A stretch of DNA of 64,000 bases from an uncultured bacterium (GTDB taxonomy: Bacteria; Acidobacteriota; Thermoanaerobaculia; Multivoradales; JAHZIX01): NCBI GenBank assembly GCA_965368975.1, contig CBDUPA010000007.1, positions 160,001 to 224,000 on the forward strand, written 5' to 3'. The notes beneath the pieces are model-generated. The model searched no databases. It was not told where the DNA came from and was given only the letters and a program-made list of their open reading frames with translations. The position numbers and the translations under genes were made by a program. Below, piece after piece: positions 37,403 to 48,400 of this stretch; positions within the stretch are counted from its first letter, which is position 1; each line of letters starts with the position of its first letter.

Positions 37403-38418
37403 ACATGGAGATCACGCTAGCTTTTCTCCTGGTTGCTCTGGCAGCCTACACTCTGTTCGGCGGCGCTGACTTCGGTGGCGGTGTGCTCGAAGCTTCGTTG
37501 TGGCGGCACCCAGCGCTACAGAAGAAGCTGCAGGCGACGCTGGCCCCGGTCTGGGAGGCCAATCACGTTTGGCTGATTGCCGTGATCGTGATCCTGTTCG
37601 TTGGTTTCCCGGCCGCCTACGCACGGCTGTGTACCCTGCTCTTCGTGCCGCTGTCTTTGGTGCTCCTCGGAATCATCCTGCGCGGTGCCTTCTTTACCTT
37701 TCGCAAGTACGATCCCGAACCGGGAATGCGTCAGCGTGGCTACAGCTGGCTGTTTCGGGTCAGCTCACTGCTCACGCCGCTGATGTTCGGATTCATCGTC
37801 GCTGCCTTGCTTCGGCCTTTCCTGCCGACGGCCATCGCAGCCGAAGAAGGCTTTGCTGCGGTCTACATCTATCCGTGGACGAACACCCTGGGCCTGCTGT
37901 GTGGGTTGTTCGTCAGCGCATTGTTCGGTTACCTGGCAGCCGTCTTCTTCTTCGGTGAGCTACGTGACGCCGCGGAGCGGGCCGTGCTGCGTACGAGGAT
38001 CCTCGGTTTCTTCGCCGCGACCTTCGTGAGCGGTGGCGGGGTGCTGCTCTGGGGCGCGCATAGCGGCACTGTGGATTTGCGTCAGGTGTTGAGTCCGCTC
38101 CAGGTTACAGTCCAGGCGGTCGCGCTGCTCGGCGTTGTCTGGTTGCTTCGCAGCTTGCGAGCGCCACGGATCTGGCAGATGCGCCTGGCTGCCGGCCTGC
38201 AGGTGCTAGCGATTTTGGCTGGCTGGTTCGGGACGCAGTTCCCGGTCTTCCTACGCTTCACGGATGGTTCCGAGGTCACGGTGCACAACAGCGCCGCGCC
38301 CCAGGTGACGCTGTTCTGGCTCAACCTGGGCCTACTGGTGGTGCTATCACTCGTGGTGCCGCTGATGGCGTACCTATACAAGGTGTTCAGCGCGCGCCAC
38401 CAACACACGGAGGTCTGA
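37399..38418 (+). CDS. cydB: Cytochrome bd-type oxidase subunit II
   Basis: GGADFGGG, APVWEANHVWLI, FP..Y, ILRGAFF.FR. Alternative ATG at 37405. Confidence 0.93.
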   Translation: MNMEITLAFLLVALAAYTLFGGADFGGGVLEASLWRHPALQKKLQATLAPVWEANHVWLIAVIVILFVGFPAAYARLCTLLFVPLSLVLLGIILRGAFFTFRKYDPEPGMRQRGYSWLFRVSSLLTPLMFGFIVAALLRPFLPTAIAAEEGFAAVYIYPWTNTLGLLCGLFVSALFGYLAAVFFFGELRDAAERAVLRTRILGFFAATFVSGGGVLLWGAHSGTVDLRQVLSPLQVTVQAVALLGVVWLLRSLRAPRIWQMRLAAGLQVLAILAGWFGTQFPVFLRFTDGSEVTVHNSAAPQVTLFWLNLGLLVVLSLVVPLMAYLYKVFSARHQHTEV

Positions 38419-38424
38419 GTTCCG

Positions 38425-38459
38425 GGACCTCTCAGCACCCGAGGCGGTGCTGGAGGTCC
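38425..38459. terminator. Hairpin between the convergent cydB and TonB receptor genes
   Basis: GGACCTC(t)CAGCACC...GGTGCTGGAGGTCC. Confidence 0.6.
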
Positions 38460-38491
38460 GTTCGCTCGAGAGCGCGACCAAGGTCGCCGAG

Positions 38492-41400
38492 TTACCACAT
38501 GACGCGCACGCCGAGCTGGAACTGGCGCGGGTCACCGAGGCCACTCTGCACCGTGCCATCGAAGTTGAACAGCAGGCCGGTGGCTTCGGGTTGGCGTAGA
38601 TTGCGCTCGTTGGTCAGGTTGAACACCTCGGCGATGCCCTCGATCTCCAGATTGCCGACGCGGAAGATCTTGGACAGACGCAGGTCGATGGACGAGAACT
38701 TGTTGTCCTTGCGACCCAGGTTGCGGCGGGTGACGGTGCCGTCGTCGTTGATGCGGTCGGTCGGTGAGGCGGCATCGGCGCCGGTCTCGGTGATCGACTT
38801 GGGCTGGGCCGAGCGGTACGAATAACGCGCGTTGACGTTGATGCCGTGAGGCGCCTGCCAGGTAGCCCAGGCGTTGAAACGGTGGCGTTGATCGCGGTCG
38901 GACCAACTCCACTCCTTGTCCAAGTCAGTGATGCGGGCGTAGCGCAGGGAGAAGGGGTCGCGCTCGTTGTCGTCGCTACTGCGGTCCTTGGAGTAGGTGT
39001 AGAAGGCGTTGAACTGGAACGCACCGCCGCGCTTGGACAGGCCGAACGTGTAGCCGTGGTAGAGGCTGTTGGCGGTGGACTCGACGGTGGTCAACTGGCC
39101 GATGCCGTTGCTGCCGTCCGTGCCCAGACCGGTCGACCAGGGAGAGCCGAGCAGCGGGTCGTTGCGGTTGACGAAGCGCGTCAGGTGCTCGGTGTCGGCG
39201 TAGTTGAACTTGACCAGGGCCGACAGGCCGTTGCCGATCTCACGCTCGTATGCGATCGAGGCCGCGACGGTGCGCGGATTCTGGAAGTCCTCGTCGAACA
39301 CGAACACGTCCGGACGGAAGGGGTCGCCGACTTCGGCGGCCGGGATCAAGCCGCCGTAGGCCGGTGGAGGTCCGAGGAAGGGCGAGGCGGCGCTGTTGCG
39401 GAACAGCGTCTGACCGAGGCTGCCGTTGGTCGAACGGCTGGAGGCCAGCACCAACCCTGGGATGCGGGCGTAGAAGAGACCGGCATTGGCGCGCAGTACG
39501 GATTTGCCATCGCCCTTCGGATCCCAGGAGATGCCCAGGCGCGGTTGCCACATGTCGTAGTCGGACGGAATGGTGCCGTCGGACGGGAAGCGTTGGCCGT
39601 TGACGGTCTGGCCGATGAAGGCGCTGTAGAAGACCTGGCTCGGCGGCGTGATCGGGTCGGGCTGGATCTGGGCTTCCCAGCGCAGGCCGTAGTTGATGGT
39701 CAAGTTGGAGCGCGGCTGCCAGGTATCCTGCAGGAAGACTGCTGGCTCCTCCTGCGTGATGGTCTGGGTGCCGGCCTGCTCGGGCGTCAGGCCACCGACG
39801 CCAGCGAACTGCAGGTACAACTCGACCGGGCCGGTGATCGAGGCGCCGGTCGGGCAGGCGCCGGTCTGCGAGCTGCTGCCGTCCGAGCACTCGACATAGT
39901 TGGGGTTGTCCAGGTAGTTGAGGAAGCCGTCGACCGACTGGAAGATCATGCGGCCGTTGGCGAAGCCGACGAAGGTCTGGAACGCGGAAGTCTGGTTCCA
40001 CTCGAAGCCGGCCTTCACAGTGTGCGCGCCGCGCAGCAAGGTGACGTTTTCGTTCACCTGCCAGCGCGTGTCGTGGTAGACGACCGGGATGAAGAAGGGC
40101 ATGCCGAAGCGGTAGCCGCGGAAGAAGTCGATGCCGGTGTCCGGGAAGGGGCGGCCGGTGACCGAGTTGATCGGACCATCGTAGGGCCGCGGCCGGTCTT
40201 CACGCGCGTACTGGAAGCGGAATTCATTGAACGTGTTCTCGTTCAGCGTCGACACCAGCGCGCCGTTGCCGGAGTGCGACTCGGCTTGCTCGACAGCGTT
40301 GGCGCTGGCGCCCCAGGGGTCGACGTCGAAGGTGCCGTTGACTTGCTCGGAGTCGAAGTAGTTGTATCGCAGGGTCAGCAGATTGCGCTCGCTCAGGCGC
40401 CAGTCCACCTTGCCCAGGAACACCAGTGCGTCGTTGGTGCGGGTGATCGGCGCGTTCTCGTTCGGACTACCGATGGCGGCGAAGGCGTCGACCAGGCGCG
40501 AGTCGATGCGCGTGGGATCGTTCTGCTTGGTGGAGTCGGCGTCCTGGTAGTCGAAGGCGGTGAAGAAGAAGATCTCGTCTTGCTTCAAGGGGCCGCCGAG
40601 GGTGAAGCCGATCTGTCCCTCCTCGGAATCGAAATCCGGCTCGCGGTCGCCGTCGGCGCGTTCGGCGCGGGTGGACATCGAGTCGTTGTCGAAGAAGAGG
40701 TGGGCCGTGCCGCGGTACTGGTTGGTGCCGGACTTGGTGACCACATTGACGAAACCACCGGAGGAGCGTCCGAACTCGGCCGGCGCGCCGTCGGCCACCA
40801 CGACGTATTCCTGCACCGCATCCTGGTTGAAGGTGAAGGCTGGGCGCTGGCCGCCGCGCTGCTCGCCGAAGAAGGGGTTGTTGAAGTCGGCGCCGTCGAC
40901 CGAGATGTTGTTCTGGATGCCCTTCTGGCCGTTGATCGTCAACTCGTCGCCGTCGGGTCCTTGGACCAGCGCGACGCCCGGCGTCATCTGGGTGAACTCG
41001 AGGAAGTTGCGGCCGTTGTTGGGGATCTCGTTGAGCGTCTCGCGGTCTATGGTGACCGTGTTCTGGGTGCTGCTGGTGGCGATCTGCGGCGCCGCGCTGG
41101 TCACCACGATCTCTTCCTCGACGGCCGAGATCTGCAGGGTGAAATCGACCACCAACGTGCGGCCGACGGTCAGTTGCAGTCCTTGGCGCACCTGGGTGGT
41201 GAAGCCTTCGAGTTGGGCTGTGACCTTGTAGGGGCCAAGAGGGAGCAGCACGCCGCGGTAGCGGCCGCGGGAGTCGGTGATCGTGGTCTGCTCGAAGTTG
41301 GTCGCCGTGTTCAGCAGCGTCACCAGGACACCGGGCAGAGAGTCGTCATTGTCATCTGTCACGGTGCCTTCGATGATGCCGGTCGTGGCTTGTGACTGAG

Positions 41401-41503
41401 CCGTGGCTGTGCCTGGTGTCAACAAGACGACCGGTGCCAGCAAGGCCGCGGCCAGCAAGACCGGGAGCGCAGTAAGCCGTAGGTGGATGCGCAGGGTATC
41501 CAT
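38492..41503 (-). CDS. TonB-dependent receptor (Oar-like, N-terminal carboxypeptidase-regulatory-like domain)
   Basis: Signal peptide, IEGTVTD...LPGV, IPNNGRNF, AEFGRSSGG.VN.VTKSGTN, QDTW...LTINYGLRWE, PRQFQLGVRVMW. GGAGGA RBS before 41503. Confidence 0.93.
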   Translation of the reverse strand: MDTLRIHLRLTALPVLLAAALLAPVVLLTPGTATAQSQATTGIIEGTVTDDNDDSLPGVLVTLLNTATNFEQTTITDSRGRYRGVLLPLGPYKVTAQLEGFTTQVRQGLQLTVGRTLVVDFTLQISAVEEEIVVTSAAPQIATSSTQNTVTIDRETLNEIPNNGRNFLEFTQMTPGVALVQGPDGDELTINGQKGIQNNISVDGADFNNPFFGEQRGGQRPAFTFNQDAVQEYVVVADGAPAEFGRSSGGFVNVVTKSGTNQYRGTAHLFFDNDSMSTRAERADGDREPDFDSEEGQIGFTLGGPLKQDEIFFFTAFDYQDADSTKQNDPTRIDSRLVDAFAAIGSPNENAPITRTNDALVFLGKVDWRLSERNLLTLRYNYFDSEQVNGTFDVDPWGASANAVEQAESHSGNGALVSTLNENTFNEFRFQYAREDRPRPYDGPINSVTGRPFPDTGIDFFRGYRFGMPFFIPVVYHDTRWQVNENVTLLRGAHTVKAGFEWNQTSAFQTFVGFANGRMIFQSVDGFLNYLDNPNYVECSDGSSSQTGACPTGASITGPVELYLQFAGVGGLTPEQAGTQTITQEEPAVFLQDTWQPRSNLTINYGLRWEAQIQPDPITPPSQVFYSAFIGQTVNGQRFPSDGTIPSDYDMWQPRLGISWDPKGDGKSVLRANAGLFYARIPGLVLASSRSTNGSLGQTLFRNSAASPFLGPPPAYGGLIPAAEVGDPFRPDVFVFDEDFQNPRTVAASIAYEREIGNGLSALVKFNYADTEHLTRFVNRNDPLLGSPWSTGLGTDGSNGIGQLTTVESTANSLYHGYTFGLSKRGGAFQFNAFYTYSKDRSSDDNERDPFSLRYARITDLDKEWSWSDRDQRHRFNAWATWQAPHGINVNARYSYRSAQPKSITETGADAASPTDRINDDGTVTRRNLGRKDNKFSSIDLRLSKIFRVGNLEIEGIAEVFNLTNERNLRQPEATGLLFNFDGTVQSGLGDPRQFQLGVRVMW

Positions 41504-41759
41504 GTTCTCGTCCTCCATCTCCCACCGGTACGTCGACCAGTGAGGGTTGTCCCGTTCATCGTGAGCTGCCGTTGCAGGAGCTTGCCGGTGCGGGCTGCCT
41601 TTGGGGCTGTTGATGCAAGGATTATGGGCGGATTTGCTACGGAATGTCTACTGAACAGCCTTCTCTCGGCGTTCCTCGGGCTCGTGGGGCCTGGACGCGA
41701 CGGGCTCTTTGGTTCTCTGACCTCGGCGGCAGGGGTCGCTTGTGGTAAAACCCGCTGCC

Positions 41760-44258
41760 ATGGGCGCTGCTCTGCTGATCCTGTTCTACCTGCTGACCTC
41801 CGTCGTGCTCGCCGCCTTCGGTTGGCCGCTGCGACGGCGGCCGTCGTGGATGGCGTTTGCGCTCTTGACGCTGCTGCCGCTGGCCTTCGCCGCTTCCGGT
41901 TTGCTGCCAGGCAAGACGCTGGCGCCCACCGGCACCTTGACCCACCTGGCACCGTGGACCGATCCAGACTTCGCGGCAGCGGTGCACGCGGCGTCGTCAC
42001 AGGACAATCCGCTGCTGCTGGACCCGCTCACGCAGATGGAGCCCTGGCGGCGCGCGGGGCGTCAGGACATCTTGTTCAATCCGGCGCAGAACGCGGGGGC
42101 GGCGCTGCTCGGCAATGCGCAGTCGGCGATCTTCTCCCCGCCCGAGGCGTTGTCGCGCCTGCTGCCGCAGACGCGGGCGACGACCTACGTACAGTTGACG
42201 CGGCTGCTGCTGGCTGCCTGGGGCATGTTCCTCTTGCTGCGCCTGCTGGCGCTGCCGGAGCTGGCGGCGCTGGCCGGTTCGACGGTATTGCTCGGTGGTG
42301 GTTTCCTGCAGCTGTGGCGGGCGTACCCGATGGGTGCGGTCGCGGCGTTGACGCCGTGGCTGCTGATCGCCTTTGTCCAGCTGCTGCGGCGGCCCGGCCC
42401 GTTGAGTGCCCTGGGCCTGGCGCTGGCGGGGGCCCTCGGGGTGACGGCGGGGCATCCGGAGACGCTGCTGCAATGCATGTTCTTCTGCGTCTTCGCCCTG
42501 GTGCCGGTGCTCTTCAGGGTGCCGCGGGCGCGCTGGCGGCGGGTGCTCTCCTGGGGTGCCGCGGCGGCCCTGACGTCGGTGCTGCTAGCGGCGCCGGCCT
42601 TGCTGCCCTTCGTCGAGACGCTGGCGGTGTCCTACGGCTGGCAGGAGCGCGAGCATGGAGTCCACCAGCAAGTCGAGATCCGCCTGCCCGACGCTCTCGG
42701 TCGGCTGACGCTGGCCCTCGATCCGCTGACCTTCGGCGATCCGCTGGACGGCGACTGGACCGGACCGGAGAACCTGGCCGAGACGGCAGGCGGTGCGGTG
42801 GCGCTGGCGGCGCTGGCGCTGGTGCCGGCGGCTTTCGTGCGCCGACGTCGCACGGCTTACAGTCGCGCTGGGGCCTGGGGTTGGTTGCTCCTGGCTCTGC
42901 TGGGGCTGCTGGTGGCTTGTCACTTCCCGCTGGTGTCGCGACCCTTCGGCTGGATCCCGCTGCTCGCCGAGTCGCTGCTCAAACGCTTGACGCTCTGGTG
43001 GTTGTTGGCGCTGGCGGTGCTGGCCGCAGGCGGCGTCGCGGCCCTGCTGCGGCGAGAGAGCCGGCGGCGGGCGGCGTTGGTAGTGACATTGAGTGCGGGG
43101 GGTGTCGCCGGGCTGCTGCTGTGGGTGGACGCGACCTACGCCAGCTATCACGAGCCGCTGTGGCTGGGCGTGCAGCTTCTCGAGTTGTTGACGGTGGTCA
43201 CCGCCGCCTGGCTGCTGGCGTCTGGGCAGTGGAGGCCGCGGCCGGCTGTCCAGCGCCCCGGGGCGGGGCCGACGGTCAGCTGGCGGGCGTCGTTCGGGCT
43301 GGCCCTCTTGCTCCTGGCGCTGCTGCTGCCGCGCGCTCTGACGTGGAGTCGCTGGATGCCGGTGACCCCCGCTTTTGCTTTCTATCCTGAGACTCCGTCG
43401 ATCCAGTTCGTGCAGGGGCGTCTGGGAGAGAATGCCGCCGGCTATCGCGTCGCCGGCATGACATCGGCATTGGTGCCGCATTCCGCGGCCTTCTACGGCT
43501 TCGGCGAGGTGCGCGGCTACGATCCTCTGTCCTTCGCCGATTACGTGTTGTTTTCCGAGGCACTGGGTCCGCGGGACTTCTCCTGGCCGCGGCTATCGGC
43601 GCGGCGCGGTCCCGCGCTCGATTACTTGGGCGTGCGCTATGTCTTCGATCACCCGACGATGTACGCCTACGAGTCGGGCGATGTGCGACAGGTGTGGGAA
43701 GGCGAGGACGCACTCGTATTCGAGAACCCGCGTGCCTTCGAGCGCCTGTTCGTACCGGCGCGCTTGCGCCTGTTCCGCGATGCCGAGGCGGGGCACGAGC
43801 AGGCGCTAGAACGGGCCGTGACGATCCAGGACTTCGCGCACCTGGCGGCGGTGTTCGATCCGGACGGCACCGTACCGGCGGGCCCCGAGCGCCGACGCAA
43901 CGGCCGCGCGCGGGTCGACGAGCTCCGTGTCGAGGGGCGCTCGGTGCGCGCCCGCGTGCACGCTGATGAGGCGGCGCTGGTGGTCAGTTCGCAGCCGGCG
44001 ATCCCTGGCTGGCAGCTGTGGATCGATGGCGTGCGAACCTCGCCACTACGCGTCAACGGCGCCTTCTTGGGGGCGTGGGTCGCGGCCGGCGAGCACCAGC
44101 TCGAGCTGCGCTATGCGCCGGCGAGTTTCCGCTGGGCCGTCCTCTTGTTCGTCTTCGGCGGTCTGCCCTGTGCCGGGTTGCTGCTCGTGCTCGGCCGTCG
44201 CGGCTCTGGTTCAGGTGTGCACTCTGGTGGGTTCGGGATCAGGATGGGCTCGCGGTGA
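41760..44258 (+). CDS. YfhO-family polytopic membrane protein (GT-C-like)
   Basis: N..LLDP..Q..PW, FNP...AG..LL.N.QSA.FSP, AGHPET, VRGYDP, PGW...IDG, VNGAFLG.WV.AGEH..ELRY.P. Confidence 0.85.
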   Translation: MGAALLILFYLLTSVVLAAFGWPLRRRPSWMAFALLTLLPLAFAASGLLPGKTLAPTGTLTHLAPWTDPDFAAAVHAASSQDNPLLLDPLTQMEPWRRAGRQDILFNPAQNAGAALLGNAQSAIFSPPEALSRLLPQTRATTYVQLTRLLLAAWGMFLLLRLLALPELAALAGSTVLLGGGFLQLWRAYPMGAVAALTPWLLIAFVQLLRRPGPLSALGLALAGALGVTAGHPETLLQCMFFCVFALVPVLFRVPRARWRRVLSWGAAAALTSVLLAAPALLPFVETLAVSYGWQEREHGVHQQVEIRLPDALGRLTLALDPLTFGDPLDGDWTGPENLAETAGGAVALAALALVPAAFVRRRRTAYSRAGAWGWLLLALLGLLVACHFPLVSRPFGWIPLLAESLLKRLTLWWLLALAVLAAGGVAALLRRESRRRAALVVTLSAGGVAGLLLWVDATYASYHEPLWLGVQLLELLTVVTAAWLLASGQWRPRPAVQRPGAGPTVSWRASFGLALLLLALLLPRALTWSRWMPVTPAFAFYPETPSIQFVQGRLGENAAGYRVAGMTSALVPHSAAFYGFGEVRGYDPLSFADYVLFSEALGPRDFSWPRLSARRGPALDYLGVRYVFDHPTMYAYESGDVRQVWEGEDALVFENPRAFERLFVPARLRLFRDAEAGHEQALERAVTIQDFAHLAAVFDPDGTVPAGPERRRNGRARVDELRVEGRSVRARVHADEAALVVSSQPAIPGWQLWIDGVRTSPLRVNGAFLGAWVAAGEHQLELRYAPASFRWAVLLFVFGGLPCAGLLLVLGRRGSGSGVHSGGFGIRMGSR

Positions 44259-44296
44259 GGGCTGGGTCGCGGTAAGATGCAGCGAGGCTTGAAACT

Positions 44297-45055
44297 ATGC
44301 GCTTGACTCTCTTCGACATAGACGGAACGCTGCTACGCTGCGGCAGCCAGGTGCGCGACATCTTCGCGTCGGCGCTGCGCGATGTCTACGGGTGCGTTGG
44401 CCCGCTCGAGAAGTACAGTTTCGCAGGCCGTACCGACCCCGGCATCGTGCTCGACCTGATGAGCGGTGCCGGCCTCGAGAGGCCGCACATTCTGGACCAG
44501 CTGGAGCGCATGCGCGAGCTGTACCTGGAGCGCTTGGAGGAGGGCCTGGAAGCCCATCGCATGCGCCTGTTGCCGGGCGTGCTCGACCTGCTCGAGACTC
44601 TGGCCGAGCGTGCCGATACCGTCCTGGGCCTGCTCACCGGCAACTGGCAGCTGGGAGCCCGCATCAAGCTTTCGCGTTTCGATCTCAATCGCTTCTTCGA
44701 CTTCGGTGCCTTTGGTGACGATGGCGCCGATCGCCGCCAACTGCCGCCGGTGGCGCTGGAGCGCGCGCGCGTGAGCGCGGGACGTACGTTCACCCCTGAG
44801 CAGACTCTGATCATTGGTGACAGCTTGCTGGATGTTGCCTGTGGTCGAGCGCATGGTGTGCCGGTGATGGCCGTCGCAACCGGCTTTACTCGTGCTGAAG
44901 ATCTGGCTGATGCCGGTGCAGATTGGGTGCTGCCCGATCTCGTGGCAGCTGGCTTCCATTTGACGCAGTTGGCGACCCGGCGCCCGGCATCTCCCTCTCC
45001 CGACTTGCCCCAAGATGCCGCGGTACCCGGTAGCCCTTCCCATCCCTTGTGCTGA
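44297..45055 (+). CDS. HAD-superfamily hydrolase
   Basis: LFDIDGTL, LLTGN, IIGDSLLDV, VATG. Confidence 0.92.
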   Translation: MRLTLFDIDGTLLRCGSQVRDIFASALRDVYGCVGPLEKYSFAGRTDPGIVLDLMSGAGLERPHILDQLERMRELYLERLEEGLEAHRMRLLPGVLDLLETLAERADTVLGLLTGNWQLGARIKLSRFDLNRFFDFGAFGDDGADRRQLPPVALERARVSAGRTFTPEQTLIIGDSLLDVACGRAHGVPVMAVATGFTRAEDLADAGADWVLPDLVAAGFHLTQLATRRPASPSPDLPQDAAVPGSPSHPLC

Positions 45056-45075
45056 TATTTGAGGAGATCGCCCCC

Positions 45076-45354
45076 ATGAAGGTAACTCTACAAATCGCCC
45101 CGAACGTTCGAGACCAGCTGCGCCAGTCTCTGGTGCCGGAGCAGGATCTGCTCAACATCCTGTCCAAGCAGCAACGTCACCCGGTGCCGGACGAGCCGAA
45201 CTCCTTCCGCTACAGTTGTCCGATTCCCTTGCCACGGCCGATGGATCCAGAGACCGCGGAGATGCGGGTGCTCGATGTCTTTCTACGCCCGCAGTCGGAA
45301 GGGGTGTGGGAGATCTATCGCGTCGAGGGATTGCCCGAGGAAACCGCCGACTAG
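45076..45354 (+). CDS. Hypothetical protein (92 aa)
   Basis: GAGGAG RBS before the ATG at 45076; protein-like composition. Confidence 0.65.
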   Translation: MKVTLQIAPNVRDQLRQSLVPEQDLLNILSKQQRHPVPDEPNSFRYSCPIPLPRPMDPETAEMRVLDVFLRPQSEGVWEIYRVEGLPEETAD

Positions 45355-45427
45355 CACGGTCACTACGCTGTTGGGCCGTGGACTCCAGCTCTGGTCGCGT
45401 GGTTCTGGGACCGGGGCCGGGGCGCCG

Positions 45428-48400
45428 CTACGCGGTGTGCGATCCACCGGTGAGCAGCGCCCGCAGTCGCCGTGCCGTCTCCTCGACGTGTGGTGGTTGC
45501 AGGATGCTGTAGTGGTTGCCCGGCAGTATGGCTTCGTGGATCGGGCCCTCGATCAGCTCTGCCCAGCCCAGAGCCGGCGCGGCGATTTCGGCGTTGGCGC
45601 CATCGGCCGCACGCCAGACGTGGACAGGGCCCTCGAGCGGCTCGACGTCCGCGGTCCAGGTCTCACCACGGCCATAGGTGAAGAGGGCCTGGTAGTTGGC
45701 GGCGAAGCGACGGAAGGGGCCTTCGAGGCCGCCGGAAGCCTGGTCTGACGTCGTCAGCGCCGCCAGGTCTTGCTCGAAGACACGGCGCAGCGCTTGGTCC
45801 TGCAGGTAAGGGTCATCGCGGCGTTGCGAGGGCGCGCGCACATCGAGCAGTACGATCCAAGCGACCGCCTCACCCAGTCTGCGCAGCTGTCGAGCCAGCT
45901 CGAAGGTCACCAGACCGCCCATCGACCAGCCGGCCAGCCGGTAGGGACCGCTCGGCTGTACCTCACGCACGGCCTCGAGGTAGCGGGCTGCCAGCTCCTC
46001 GATGCTCGGCGCGCTCTGGGATTGCGTCGCTGGCAAGTCGGGGGACTGGAGACCATAGACGGGGCAGAGGTCGGCCAGGCGGCGCGCGAGCGGTAAGTAG
46101 CACAGTACCTCACCGCCCACGGGGTGAACGAGGAACAGGGGCTGGCGGTCCGCGTCTTTGTCCTGGTTGCGGGCATGCTGCAGCGCGACGCACAGCGGGC
46201 GCGTCCTGGCGGCCGGTCCGCGCGTTGGGTGACGGCGCAGGCAGGCGGCGAAGGTCTCGGGGGTGCCATGGTCGAACAGCGTCGAGAGCGGCAGCTCGAC
46301 GCCGAAGCGCCGGTGCACCTCCGCCATGAGACGCACGGCGAGCAGGGAGTGCCCACCGGCCGTGAAGAAGTCTGTGTGCACGTGTGGCTGGCCGGGCAGC
46401 AGTTCTTGCCACAGGTGCAGCACGCGCAGCTCCAGCTCGTCGCGCGGTGCCTTCGCGGCGTCGGGATCGGTGGTGGCGTCGCCGTCGGCGGTCTCAGCGC
46501 TAGACTCGGCCTCGGCGGCGATCGCTTCCAGGCCTCGGCGGTCGAGCTTCTGGTTGGCCGTCAGGGGCAGGGTGTCGAGGAAGTGCCAGACGGCGGGAGT
46601 CATGTACTCGGGAAGGTCGGCGCGCAAGAATTCGACCAGGCGCGGCTCGATGGCGCTGGCTACCGGCGGCGATGAGCGCGGCACCACGAACGCCTCCAGG
46701 CGTAGGTCGCGGCTGCGACCACCGCGGCGGGCCAGCACGGCGGCCGCCTCGACATCCGGATGGCGGTTCAGCTGGCTGACGACTTCGCCCGGTTCGATGC
46801 GGAAGCCACGGATCTTGACCTGATGGTCCCGGCGGCCGAGGAAGTCGATACAGCCGTCGGGCAGGAAGCGGGCCAGGTCTCCCGTGCGGTAGAGGCGTGC
46901 ACCCGGCGTCTCGGCCCACGGGTCGGGCACGAAGGCCTCGGCGGTCCGGCGCGGGCGATCGTGGTAGCCGCGCGCCAGGCTGGCGCCGCCGATCTGCAGC
47001 TCACCCTGGACGCCGATCGGCACCACTCGGCCGCGGGCGTCGACGATACGTGCGCACAGGTTGTCGAGCGGTCGGCCGATCGACGGTCGCGTCAGCCCCG
47101 CAGGCGGCACCGAGGTGTGCGTCGCGATGACGGCGGTCTCGGTGGGGCCGTAGAGGTTGAACAGGGTGAAGGGATAGCCGGGCGGTGGCGGGCCGTGCAG
47201 AGCGTCGCCACCGGTGAGGATGGCGCGCGGCCCAGCGCTGGTCTCCCGGTGACAAGACTCGGTATTGGAAAGCCCGCTTTCTGCAGGCTCCACACCCGAG
47301 GGCCACGGTACGCCCAGTAACTGTTCGGTCAGCGGCGTGACCAGCATCACCAGCGAGATGGCGCGCCGGCGCAGCCAGCGTCCGAACGCGGCGGCGGTGA
47401 GTTGGCGCAGATCGAGTAGATCGAGGCAGATGCCGGCACTCAGGTGGCCCCAGACCTCGAAGACCATGCCGTCGAAGCCGAGGCCGAAGGTCTGCGATGC
47501 GCGGTCGTCGGGGCAGCAGGCGAAGCGCTCGTGGTACCAGTTGAGCAGGTTGGCGAGGGCGCCGTGGCTCACCTCGACGCCCTTGGGCCGGCCAGTGGAA
47601 CCCGAGGTGTAGATCAAGTAGGCGAGGTTGCCTGCGTGCACGGGTTCGAGCGCGGAGCCTGGCTCGACCGCAGCGGCCAGCCCGGGTTCCTGGGCTTCCT
47701 CGCGCAGCCAGCGCTCGACATCGAACCAGCGCGGCGTAGCCTGGGCCTGCGAGGGGGGCTCGTCGTTCTGCAGCCGTTGCCACAGCTGTTCCTGGGTCAG
47801 CACGCCGGTGGCGCCGGAGTCGGCGAGCAGCCAGCGCAGTCGCTGCGGTGGCAGAGTTGGGTCGAGCTGCAGGAAGGCAGCACCCGTCGTGAGGACCGCC
47901 AGTTGCGCCAGGACCAGCTCGGGCGAGCGCGGCAGGCAGACGGCGAGAACGTGCTCGGGACCGAGGCCGGCACCGGGCCAGGCTGCGCGCAGACGGGTCG
48001 CGAGCGCGGCGGCGTGCCGGCACAGCAGGCCGAAGCTGAGGTGGCGGTGGCCGTGCAGGAGGGCGATGGCGTCAGGGCGCTGCCGTGCTTGTGCATAGAC
48101 GCGCAGATGCACTCCGGAGCTGGGCGGCCGTGGACGCTGGGTGTCCTGCCACTGCTGCAGCAGCTGTGCGCGCTCGGCGGCGGACAGCAGGCTGAAGTTG
48201 TCGACGCTGTACCCTTGCGCCGCGTTACGCGAGGCGGCTTCGAGCTCTTCGGAATGCAGATGCCGTAGCAGTGTGTTCAGCAGGCGGTCGAAGTGGCCAG
48301 CGAGACGTTGCACTGTGGTGCCGTCGAACAGCTCGGTGCTGTACTCGACTTTCAGGAAGAGATCCTGTTCGTAGGTCTCCAGCGTACCGAGCAGGTCCAT

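Noticed and set aside
38846-41395. 849-aa plus-strand ORF
   Set aside because: Antisense shadow of the TonB-dependent receptor gene.
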